Of a DNA stretch of 64,000 nt, positions 53,614 through 64,000 are shown in pieces (the first letter of the stretch is position 1; every line of letters begins with the position of its first letter). Below the pieces are notes generated by a model, which saw only the letters and a program-made list of their open reading frames with translations, was not told the origin of the DNA and made no database searches. Source of the DNA: Eledone cirrhosa (Eukaryota). The stretch is taken from assembly GCA_964016885.1 (NCBI GenBank), contig OZ024764.1, positions 6,386,001-6,450,000 of the forward strand, in the 5' to 3' direction. The position numbers and the translations under genes were made by a program.

Positions 53614-54846
53614 TATATATACACACACTATACACCAGCCAGTGTCCCTCCCACCACTGAAATACCAAAATACACCACAAAACAAATACAGCTGTTATAA
53701 CTTGTCTTGGGGCTGGGATATTTACACTACTACTACTACTACTACTGGTACTACTACTATTACTACCACTACTACTACTGCTGCTTTTACTAGTGCTACT
53801 ACTATTACTACTACTACCTCTACTGCTACTGCTGCTGCTACTAATACTACTACTACTACTACTCCTACTTCCACTACAACTACTACTACTACTACTACTT
53901 CCACTACAACTACTACTACTACTACCACTTCCACTACAACTACTACTACTACTGTTACTTCTGTCACCATTACTAGTAATACTACTACAATGAATACCAC
54001 TGCTCAGCTATCACCCATACTATGCTACAGTCACTTGCCACCCACAAGTTGTCTGATTCTCCCAACAATTTACTGTGAATACATACTTAGTTACTTGGAA
54101 TTATCTCCCCTCATCATTCAGAGTTGCTGACAGTCACACCTATGGAGAGGTTTTTTTCCTCATATTTTGTTTGTGTAGAGGAATTGTTGTAGAATTTACC
54201 AGCGTATGGCAGCTGACAGCATCATCATCATCATCATCATCATCATTATCATTATCACCACCACCATCACCACCATTATGTAACCACCATCACCACCACC
54301 ACCACCATCACCACCATTATCCAACCACCATCACCACCACAATCATTATCACCACCACCACCATCATCATTATCACCACCATTATCTAACCACCATCACC
54401 ACCACCATCACCACCATTATCTAACCACCACCACCACCATTATCAAACCACCGCCACCATTATATCACACCAACACCACCGCCATCACTGCCTCATACTA
54501 CCACCACCCAGTCACTACCACGACACCACACCAACAGCACAACCTCGACACCACCACCAACAGCACAACCTCACACCACCACCAACATCCCCCTCACACA
54601 CATAACTTCACCACAACAACCTCTCCACCCCTCCTTCTATTCATTGATCTCCTCTCCCTCCAGCTCAACTTGAGTGATGTCATTGAGTACCCTCCACTCA
54701 AGTGGAGTGCTACTTTAGAAGGACTCATATCAAGTCAAGTTGTCTCATCTGGTCAGAACTGGTGGTGGGGATGGGGGTGTGTGGTGGTGGTGGTCGGGGT
54801 GTGGTGGTGGTGGTCGTGTTGATGTTGACTGTGGTGTAGGGATGGT

Positions 54847-56478
54847 GGGTTAGATGGGTTTGTCCCATTTGAGGCAAGATTGATAGGGGGAACGTGTCTC
54901 ACTTGTATAGGACTTTCTGGCTGGTTTTCTACAGCTGGATGCCCTTCCTAATGCCAACCACATTTGCAGAGTGGACTGGGTGCTTTTTGTTGTGACACCT
55001 ACATAACCACTTTACAGTGTGGACTGGGTGCTTTTTGTTGTGACACCTACACGACCACTTTACAGTGTGGACTGGGTGTTGTTTGTGGTGACACCTACAT
55101 GACCACTTTACAGTGTGGACTGGGTACTTTTTGTTGTGACACCTACATGACCACTTTACAGTGTGGACTGGGTGCTTTTTGTTGTGATACCTACACAACC
55201 ACTTTACAGTGTGGACTGGGTGTTGTTTGTGGTGACACCTACATGACCACTTTACAGTGTGGACTGGGTACTTTTTGTTGTGACACCTACATGACCACTT
55301 TCCAGTGTGGACTGGGTGTTGTTTGTGGTGACACCTCCATGACCACTTTACAGTGTGGACTGAGTGCTTTTTGTTGTGTCACCTACATGACCACTTTACA
55401 GTGTGGACTGGGTGCTTTTTGTTGTGACACCTACACAACCACTTTACAGTGTGGACTGGGTGCTTTTTGTTGTGACACCTACATGACCACTTTACAGTGT
55501 GGACTGGGTGCTTTTTGTTGTGACACCTACATGACCACTTTACAGTGTGGACTGGGTGCTTTTTGTTGTGACACCTACACAACCACTTTACAGTGTGGAC
55601 TGGGTGCTTTTTGTTGTGACACCTACATGACCACTTTACAGTGTGGACTGAGTGCTTTTTGTTGTGACACCTACATAACCCCTTTACAGTGTGGACTGGG
55701 TGCTTTTTGTTGTGACACCTACATGACCACTTTACAGTGTGGACTGGGTGCTTTTTGTTGTGACACCTACACAACCACTTTACAGTGTGGACTGGGTGCT
55801 TTTTGTTGTGACACCTACATGACCACTTTACAGTGTGGACTGAGTGCTTTTTGTTGTGACACCTACATGACCACTTTACAGTGTGGACTGAGTGCTTTTT
55901 GTTGTGACACCTACATGACCACTTTACAGTGTGGACTGAGTGCTTTTTGTTGTGACACCTACACGACCACTTTACAGTGTGGACTAGGTGCTTTATGTTG
56001 TGACACCTACATGACCACTTTACAGTGTGGACTAGGTGCTTTATGTTGTGACACCTACACGACCACTTTACAGCGTGGACTGGGTACTTTTTGTTGTGAC
56101 ACCTACACGACCACTTTACAGTGTGGACTGGGTGCTTTATGTTGTGACACCTACATGACCACTTTACAGTGTGGACTAGGTGCTTTATGTTGTGACACCT
56201 ACATGACCACTTTACAGTGTGGACTGGGTACTGTTTGTTGTGACACCTACACGACCACTTTACAGTGTGGACTGGGTACTGTTTGTTGTGACACCTACAT
56301 GACCACTTTACAGTGTGGACTGGGTACTGTTTGTTGTGACACCTACACGACCACTTTACAGTGTGGACTGGGTACTTTTTGTCATGACACCTACATGACC
56401 ACCTTACAGTGTGGACTAGGTGCTTTATGTTGTGACACCTACACGACCACTTTACAGCGTGGACTGGGTGCTTTTTGA
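54847..56478 (-). mobile_element. RTE-tailed SINE-like element with about 31 x 48-bp array (54961-56478)
   Basis: Unit actttacagtgtggactgggtgctttttgttgtgacacctacatgacc, preceded by ctacagctggatgcccttccta. Confidence 0.85.
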
Positions 56479-56861
56479 TATATAAATATATATATCAAAA
56501 GTAAGTGTACAATCCAATCAAGTAGAGATTAGTTTGTGAGAATTATAAGCCAGTAGTGAAGAGGGTAGTGTGCTCAATATATACATGATGCAAGACATGT
56601 GTGTGTAGATAGATAGATAGATGTGTGTTTGATAGTAGTGTTTTGTCCTTGGCGGGCGTGACTGGATGTTAATATGTGTGTCTGTAGTAGATGGAGAGGA
56701 GAGAGGGAGAATGGGTTACAGTTGGATACACAGACACACTATATATATATATATATTTTAATTTGGGAGGGTCATGCTGCCAATAAAAACACATGCACCT
56801 CTTTGTTTTTCACTTCAATTTATTCCAAGTTTCCGGTTGGTTGGTTCGATGTTTATATATT

Positions 56862-56904
56862 GTCAAAGCTCTTTCGTCACACATTCTGTGACCTCCTCAG
56901 TGAC
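56862..56904 (-). ncRNA. Hammerhead ribozyme
   Basis: gtca-CTGAGGA-g-gtcaca gaatg tgtgac-GAAA-gag-CTT-tgac; stem I gtca/tgac. Confidence 0.8.
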
Positions 56905-56913
56905 TAGGCTTTT

Positions 56914-57865
56914 ATAATAATAATAATAATAATAATAATGAAAATATTGTGTACAGTGCTCAGGTGCACTACAACTCATCAAAAATGTATGTATAGTACA
57001 TAGGGTAATGTACAAACGTCAGGAAAATGAACAGTGTATGAGTCATGATATACATGTGTGCGTGTGTATGGACGGGGAATATCAGGTGTAGTGTTGGCGA
57101 ATTTCGGGAAGCATGAGGGTTTTAAAGGATGCAGTGTCTCGACAGCTAACAACTGATGCAGGTAGTTTGTTCCTTGGAGGTTTTAAAGGATGCAGTGTCT
57201 CGACAGCTAACAACTGATGCAGGTAGTTTGTTCCTTGGAGGTTTTAAAGGATGCAGTGTCTCGACAGCTAACAACTGATGCAGGGAGTTTGTTCCATGGA
57301 GGTTTTAAAGGATGCAGTGTCTCGACAGCTAACAACTGATGCAGGGAGTTTGTTCCATGGAGGTTTTAAAGGATGTAGTGTCTCGACAGCTAACAACTGA
57401 TGCAGGTAGTTTGTTCCATGGAGGTTTTAAAGGATGCAGTGTCTTGACAGCTAACAACTGATGTTGGTAGTTTGTTCCATGGAGGTTTTAAAGGATGCAG
57501 TGTCTCGACAGCTAACAACTGATGTGGGTAGTTTGTTCCATGGACGTTTTAAAGGATGCAGTGTCTCGACAGCTAACAACTGATGCAGGTAGTTTGTTCC
57601 ATGGAGGTTTTAAAGGATGCAGTGTCTCGACAGCTAACAACTGATGCAGGTAGTTTGTTCCTTGGAGGTTTTAAAGGATGCAGTGTCTCAACAGCTAACA
57701 ACTGATGCAGGTAGTTTGTTCCATGGAGGTTTTAAAGGATGCAGTGTCTCGACAGCTAACAACTGATGCAGGAAGTTTGTTCCATGCTTCAGAAACTCTA
57801 AGTGTGAAAAAATGTTTCCGAACGTCATGGGAGCTGTGCTGTTTTCTGACTTTGTGTCTCTCCTT
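56914..57865 (-). mobile_element. CR1/L2-group LINE 3' end with about 11 x 61-bp tandem expansion (57115-57787)
   Basis: HKVRKQHSSHDVRKHFFTLRVSEAWNKLPASVVSCRDTASFKT; (ATT)n tail at 56914-56940. Confidence 0.85.
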
Positions 57866-58393
57866 TGTTCTGTCCTACACCATCTTGTTTGTGTGTGTCG
57901 TGTGTTTAGTTTGCGCATGTGTTACATCCGGGTGGGTGTGTGTTTATTTTTAAAAAAACCTAGTTATTGAGGAGGTCACAGAATGTGTGACAATATGCTT
58001 CAACACACGTCAAAAACGAATTATATATATATAAATATACATATATGTGTGTGTGTGTGTGTGTCGCACACATTTAAACATACACTTACACTCACACATA
58101 ACAACACTAATTAATACACACACACCTAAACATACACTCACACATATAACAACACTAATACACACACTCCACTTTGCGTTCCAACTCGTTACCACAACTA
58201 CCTAATGGTTGTCTTGATTTCCATCTTCTTTTTCATTTTTTCATGGACCCTTTCTCTGTTTCTCCATTGTGATCCTGTCTCTATTTGTACCCCTGAAGAA
58301 GGACTTAATCCTGATACTTTGAACTTTCTTTCCTCTTTCCGATATAAAGCGTGAAACTAATAACACTTTTTGTACCCGTTTGTTGTCTCCTTA

Positions 58394-58443
<50 letters not shown>

Positions 58444-58571
58444 TGTCATTACCACCAAAGATGTCCGATGAGCCCTGGACTACAGAGTCGGGCTAGTTCG
58501 ATACAGATCGAACCTTGAGCTGACCGGTGGTGGAACACATGTCAGCAACCAATAATCGTAAGGAAGGAATA

Positions 58572-58836
58572 ATCATCATCATCATCATTTCATTTTACGT
58601 CCACTTTTCCCTGCTTGCAAGCTGGATGTCCTTCCTAACACCAACCTCATTTATAGTGAGTGCTGGGTGCTTTTTTGCCATGGCACCTCCACGACCATTT
58701 CTGCAGCTGAGTAAACTGGAGCAATGTGAAATAAAGTGTCTTGCTCAAGGAAACAACACATCACCCGGTCTGAGAATTGAACTCACAACCTTTCGATTGC
58801 AAGGCCAATGCTCTAACCACTAAGCCATGTGCCTCC
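58572..58836 (-). mobile_element. Internally deleted tRNA/CORE-like SINE
   Basis: Reverse complement of 59598-59934 with deletions. Confidence 0.75.
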
Positions 58837-58850
58837 ATCTGACACATTCT

Positions 58851-58886
<36 letters not shown>

Positions 58887-58987
58887 AGAATGGAGCCAGT
58901 TAAAACCAGTTAGACCATTACTCACCAGAGTACTCAATACTTGGGGTAGTAGTGTGGTAATATGAAAAATTCAGTGAATATATATAT

Positions 58988-59045
<58 letters not shown>

Positions 59046-59597
59046 TTACATATATATACACACATATAATATATATGTGTGTCGTGATCAGCCTCCTATA
59101 CCACCACCACCACCTATCTCACCCCCCATCCCCACCCCACCCCCCATTAATCCAATTATCACCCAAAACACAAAAACTGCTGTTTCCTTTTATTAAGTGC
59201 CAAGAAAAAAAAGAAAATTTATTTTGTCCTCTTGTAGTTTTTTTTGGTTGGGTGGAGGGTGGGGTGTGTTTGTTTTGTGTGTGTTTGTTTGGTGGGGGGT
59301 TTTTTTTTGTATATATCTTGTGTGTGTTTTAGTGGTTTTTTTTGTTGTTGTTTTGTTTTTTGTTTATTTTAGTATATAATCTTTTGTTTTAAAGTTTTCT
59401 GTGACTATGATTCAGTCATGGTGGTTTTCTGGTATTGTAGTCAATTGAGAAGAACCTGGTGTGATTTTTGGCAGTGTTTACTGATTGGTGGTGGTGGTGG
59501 TGGTGGTGGTGGGAGTCTTGGTGGTGGTGTTTGTTAGCACCACAATATATATATGTATATATCATATGCAAATATATATATTTATATATATATATAT

Positions 59598-59934
59598 GGA
59601 GGCACATGGCTTAGTGGTTAGAGCATTGGGTTTGCAATCGAAAGGTTGTGAGTTCAATACTTGGACCGGGTGATGTGTTGTTTCCTTGAGCAAGACACTT
59701 TATTTCACATTGTTCCAGTTTACTCAGCTGCAGAAATGAAATAATGGGACTGGGGTCCCTGTTATTCCACTGCAAAGTGGTCGTGGAGGTGCCATGGCAA
59801 ACAAGCACCCAGCACTCACTGTAAATGAGGTTGGTGTTAGGAAGGGCATCCAGCTGTAGAAATCAAGCCAGAATTAGTTCCCGTCCCACCCTTGCAAGCA
59901 GGGAAAAGTGGATGTAAAGTGATGATGATGATGA
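59598..59934 (+). mobile_element. Full-length tRNA/CORE-like SINE with RTE LINE tail
   Basis: A box tggcttagtgg, B box gagttcaatac; ccttgagcaagacactt..ctcagctgcagaaatga (CORE-like). The 3' end cccgtcccacccttgcaagcagggaaaag(GAT)n matches the RTE ends at 17165, 27019 and 29309. Confidence 0.85.
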
Positions 59935-59940
59935 TATACC

Positions 59941-60135
59941 ATCATCATCATCATCTCTTAACGTCTATCTTCCACTCTAGCATGGGTTAGACGGGAATTG
60001 TCCCACTTGAGGCAAGATTGGTCGGGTGACCGTGTCTCGCTTGTATAGGACTGTCTAGCAGGTTTTCTACAGCTGGATGCCCTTCCTAACACCACATTTA
60101 CAGTGTGGACTGGGAGCCTTTTTACCGTGTTACCT
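59941..60135 (-). mobile_element. RTE-tailed SINE-like element, tail-to-tail with the previous SINE
   Basis: (CAT)n..ctagcatgggttagacggg..ctggatgcccttcctaacacc. Confidence 0.7.
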
Positions 60136-60139
60136 TTTT

Positions 60140-60459
60140 AGTAGAAATGTAGTCTATAGCATAAGATGTACAGGGGGTACTTGCAGAAACATGATAACTC
60201 GAAGCATAGGAGAAAGAATAGACCAACACTGGGGGGAATTAAAAGGACAAAAAACGGTTCAGTACTATACAAACATGCCAGACAACAACATGACGGTAAC
60301 ATAGACAACATAGGAATTAAAATAATATCTAAGCATAGAAATGACCCAACAGGTAGGCCAATCAGAGAGGCGAGCGAAATAGAGCTTAGAAAACCAAAGT
60401 TAAGCAGAAAAACGAATGGAATAACAACAACCATACCCAAACAGACAATACTGACTTAA
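60140..60459 (+). pseudogene. Penelope-like GIY-YIG endonuclease fragment (frameshifted)
   Basis: SRNVVYSIRC..C...TRSIGERIDQH / KNGSVLYKHARQQHDGNIDNIGIKIISKHRNDPTGRPIREASEIELRKPKLSRK. Confidence 0.8.
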
Positions 60460-60885
60460 GAGAAATATAAATATATATATATATATACACAAGTACAATA
60501 ACAACAAACACATATAAACACACACTAGTAAACAAAGATAGAATATAAAAACCAAAACACAGACACCCAAACGCGAACACACACGTAAATGCATGCGCAG
60601 AGACGGAAACAAAAATAAATAAGTAAAATAAAAATGGTGTAAACATTACAATACAATACAATTGGTGGGAACATAATAGTAGCACTGATGATGTTGCAGA
60701 TGTGCAACGAAAGAACTTTGTTAGACTATATATATATATATATTTATATATCTGTATTTTTAACCGTTGGTCAATTGATTGCCAAATAGATTAACTATGG
60801 AGATATAAGAGATACAGAAGTGAAAACCAACCAAACAGTGAGTGTGTTCTGGTAATATTATTACAACAATATGACCCTCCCCATA
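60460..60885 (+). mobile_element. PLE 3' pLTR
   Basis: Directly follows the GIY-YIG fragment; contains a hammerhead; ends tgaccctcccca(TA)n. Confidence 0.75.
60677..60728 (+). ncRNA. Hammerhead ribozyme
   Basis: atagtagca-CTGATGA-t-gttgca gatg tgcaac-GAAA-gaa-CTT-tgttagactat. Confidence 0.75.
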
Positions 60886-60906
60886 TATATATATATATAT
60901 ACACAC

Positions 60907-61465
60907 ATGATGGCTGCCCCCTCGTTATCGAGTATGGCCATTGCACGATATACCATTATTAATAATTATTAAGAGGGCGGTGGATTGGCAGTATCGGTAG
61001 AGGGTCGGACGCCATGCTTTGACGCATAGAGTTACGTCCCTTGCCATTCTGAGTTCAAAGCCCGCCAAGGTTAACTTTGCCTTTCATCCTCATGGGGTCG
61101 ATGAAATAAAGTACCAGTAATGCACTGGGTAATTGCTGGCCTTGTGCCAAAAGTAGAAACAATTATTAATAATTATTAATTAATTCTATCGTGCAATGTC
61201 TGTACGTGAAGATATGTTTTAAAGTGAGGGAAGACTGTGCACTGAGCCAATCCCACTCTCTGAGAGACAGTAGCTATAACCTGAAAAGAAGAAAAGATCA
61301 ACATCAACTGTAACTACTGAGCTGCAGGTTTTATATGGGAGTTATCCCAGTTTCCTGAGTTACCTTCTCCTAGAAGAAGGCCCTGACAAAGGCTAGGGGT
61401 CCTTCACTCCCAGTGGTTTAACTGCGCGATCGGGTGTCCAGCCCGACTATTTCTATGTCCCCGAG
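60907..61465 (-). mobile_element. Non-autonomous RTE-derived element interrupted by SINE A (60973-61160)
   Basis: Inverted relative to 62271-62594; the SINE is flanked by an attattaataattattaa direct repeat (target-site duplication). Confidence 0.7.
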
Positions 61466-61739
61466 CATATACATACACATGCATACATGTATATACACAT
61501 ATACATATACATACATATGTACATGATGTATATACATACATATATATATATGTATGTGTGTTTATAATAGGCTTCTGCACAGTCTCCACCTACCAGATTC
61601 CCAAGACATTAATCCACTACAGTAGAAGACAGTAGCCCCAGGGCGTAACTCAAGACAATACCAAGTGATTATAAATTGAACACCTTAACCACACAGCCAT
61701 GCCTCCAGTGTTGGGCCCTGTTGTCTGTATAGTTTAATC

Positions 61740-62130
61740 TAAGGCCTTGTCAACAGTATAGTTTAATGTAATGTAGGGCCCTGTCAACAGTTTGATGTAA
61801 TGTAGGGCCCTGTCAGTGGTAAAGCTTAATGTAATGAAGAGCCTAGTCAACTGCATAGTTTAATGTGATATAGGGCCCAGTCAACTGTATATTTTAATGT
61901 GATATAGGTGGGGCCCAGTCAACTGCATAGTTTAATGTGATGTAGGTGCGGCCCAGTCAACTGTATATTTTAATGTGGTGTCGGTGGGGCCCAGTGAACT
62001 ATATATTTTAATGTGATATAGGTGGGGCCCAGTCAACTGTATATTTTAATGTGGTGTCGGTGGGGCCCAGTCAACTGTATAGTTTAATGTGATGTAGGGC
62101 CCAGTCAACTGTATATTTTAATGTGATGTA
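61740..62130. repeat. 33-38-bp minisatellite
   Basis: gggcccagtcaactgtatattttaatgtgat units. Confidence 0.85.
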
Positions 62131-62270
62131 TTTTTTTATTAAATATTATTTTCTGAGTATGTTTTCCTTTAAAATATCCATAATTACCCCCCTCTCCCTC
62201 ACTCTCTCCCTCCCTCTCTCTCTTTCTCTCATTGTCTGTCTATATATCATCATCATCATCATTTCATTTT

Positions 62271-62592
62271 ACCCAATCTCGCGGTTAAACCACTGGGAGT
62301 GAAGGACCCCTAGCCTTTCTCAGGGCCTTCTTCTGGGAGAAGGCAACTCAGGAAACTGGAATAACTCCCATATAAAACCTGCGACTCAGTAGTTACAGAT
62401 GATGTTGATCTTTTCTTCTTTTCAGGTTATAGCTACTGTCTCTCAGAGAGTGGGATTGGCTCAGTGCACAGTCTTTCCTCACTTTAAAAAATATATCTTC
62501 ACGCACAGACATTGCATGATAGAATTGATTGATAATTATTAATAATGGTATAACGTGCAATGGCCATACTCATTAACGAGGGGGCAGCCATC

Positions 62593-62594
<2 letters not shown>
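62271..62594 (+). mobile_element. Non-autonomous RTE-derived element
   Basis: Uninterrupted copy of the 60907-61465 family; ends ggcagccatca(TA)n. Confidence 0.65.
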
Positions 62595-62624
<30 letters not shown>

Positions 62625-62643
62625 CTATATATATATATAATAT

Positions 62644-63052
62644 ATAAGATCAAAAGATGGTTAAATGAGTTCCATGTATTTTATTATGCACATTTCAAAA
62701 ACAAATATCATCATGCAATAACATTTGCGTTTTCATCAGATAAAATAGGAAGACATGATATGAAGGTTAAAAACACTTGTGGATAGTGCAGTTGATTTAA
62801 AACTGTTGATTTAAAACTGCACTATCCACAAGTGTTTTTAACCTTCATATCATGTCTTCCTATTTTATCTGATGAAAACACATGTTATTGCATGATGATA
62901 TTTGTTTTTGAAATGCACATAATAAAATACATGGAACTCTTTTAACCATCTTTTGATCTTATGTATTATGTATACTCCAATCCTACAAACTGTAGAGTGC
63001 TTCTTATCCGATATCTGCATTGCTTTATTGTACTACAATAAAACTCACCTCC

Positions 63053-63056
<4 letters not shown>
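62644..63056. mobile_element. Fold-back PLE-type element with a hammerhead in each arm
   Basis: Arms 62644-62793 and 62815-62962; tattttat-CTGATGA(62869)-aaaca..tgttttt-GAAA(62910)-tgcacat-aataaaata; tail with actcca..tgtagagtgct. Confidence 0.8.
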
Positions 63057-63134
<78 letters not shown>

Positions 63135-64000
63135 GAGTACCTGTAGGAGTGACATGTGTGTAATCATAACCTGAGGCTTAAGATACACCTATTGTCAACT
63201 GTCATCTCATACACCCCCACCCCACCCCCCCCCCGCTCAGGTCCCACCTCTCTTTCTCACTCTCTCTCTCTCTCCATCTTTATCTAATCATCACCTAAAG
63301 CTGACATCCACTCATAATGTCTTCCTCTCCTTTTCTCTCTCTCTCTCTCCCACCATCTCCCTCTTGCTATATATACAACACCACCACCACCAACAACAAC
63401 AACACCACCACCAACATCAATATCAACAACAACACCACCACCAACAACATCAACACTAACACCACCAACAACAACAAACAACAGCCACTGTCAACAACAT
63501 CAATAACAACACCACCACCAACATCAACACGAACACCACCAACACCAACACCAACATCAGTACCACTATCTCCATCACCACCGACACCAGCTGTTATGAC
63601 ATAACTCCACCTACTTGATGTGATTGCCTGTATCATCATCATCAACATCATCTTCCATGGGTTAGACATGCTGTGGCTGGATTGGTCAAGTGTCTAGGGT
63701 CGAAGTCAATTTGGTTTCTATAGCTATATACCCCTCCTAACACCACCCTACACTGTACTGGGAGTATGGTTTTTATGACTGGATGCCCTAAATTGCACTA
63801 TCTTCCATTACTCCTGGCAGCTGCCCCTTACTGAGGGTTGTATCGCCTGAGAGATGTTAAAGGTTCAAGCAGGTCTTCCTTGAGTTGGTTCCCATGGTAG
63901 ATAGAGATGGCTGTAGCTACTGGGAGTGTTATTGAGAGAGAGATAGAGGAAGAGGTAGATGACCGTCATAATCCATGATATATATCATTGTGACCTCAGT

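Noticed and set aside
54130-54760. Candidate further CUX1 exons after acceptor-like tracts (54178, 54663)
   Set aside because: Immediate stop in the required phase, or no similarity to the expected EVTIK.LKEK segment.
54964-56478. 504-aa Cys-rich repeat ORF
   Set aside because: In-frame 48-bp SINE-derived unit; not a supported metallothionein- or keratin-like gene.

Overview
Eukaryotic, extremely microsatellite-rich genomic DNA. The SINE/LINE repertoire and the density of (TA)n/(CA)n/(GAT)n tracts suggest an octopod cephalopod (inference). Almost every ORF in the supplied track is a simple-repeat or minisatellite artefact. The only host exon I can support is a 138-bp CUX1/CASP (cut-like) coiled-coil exon at 36505-36642 (+), so most of the window is probably intronic. 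The rest is a nest of RTE, RTE-X, Tx1 and CR1-group LINE 3' ends, tRNA-derived SINEs sharing RTE tails, piggyBac-type MITEs carrying 72-bp arrays, and many minisatellites (39, 48, 49, 61, 72, 95, 112, 160 bp). The most striking signal is a population of short Penelope-like (PLE) elements. About 20 hammerhead-ribozyme cores (some degenerate) occur, many in long fold-back palindromes sitting in (TA)n, with a shared ACTCY...GAGTRCT tail motif. There are also two decayed PLE GIY-YIG fragments, one followed directly by a calmodulin-like EF-hand fragment. All calls were made by eye and coordinates may be off by a few bases.
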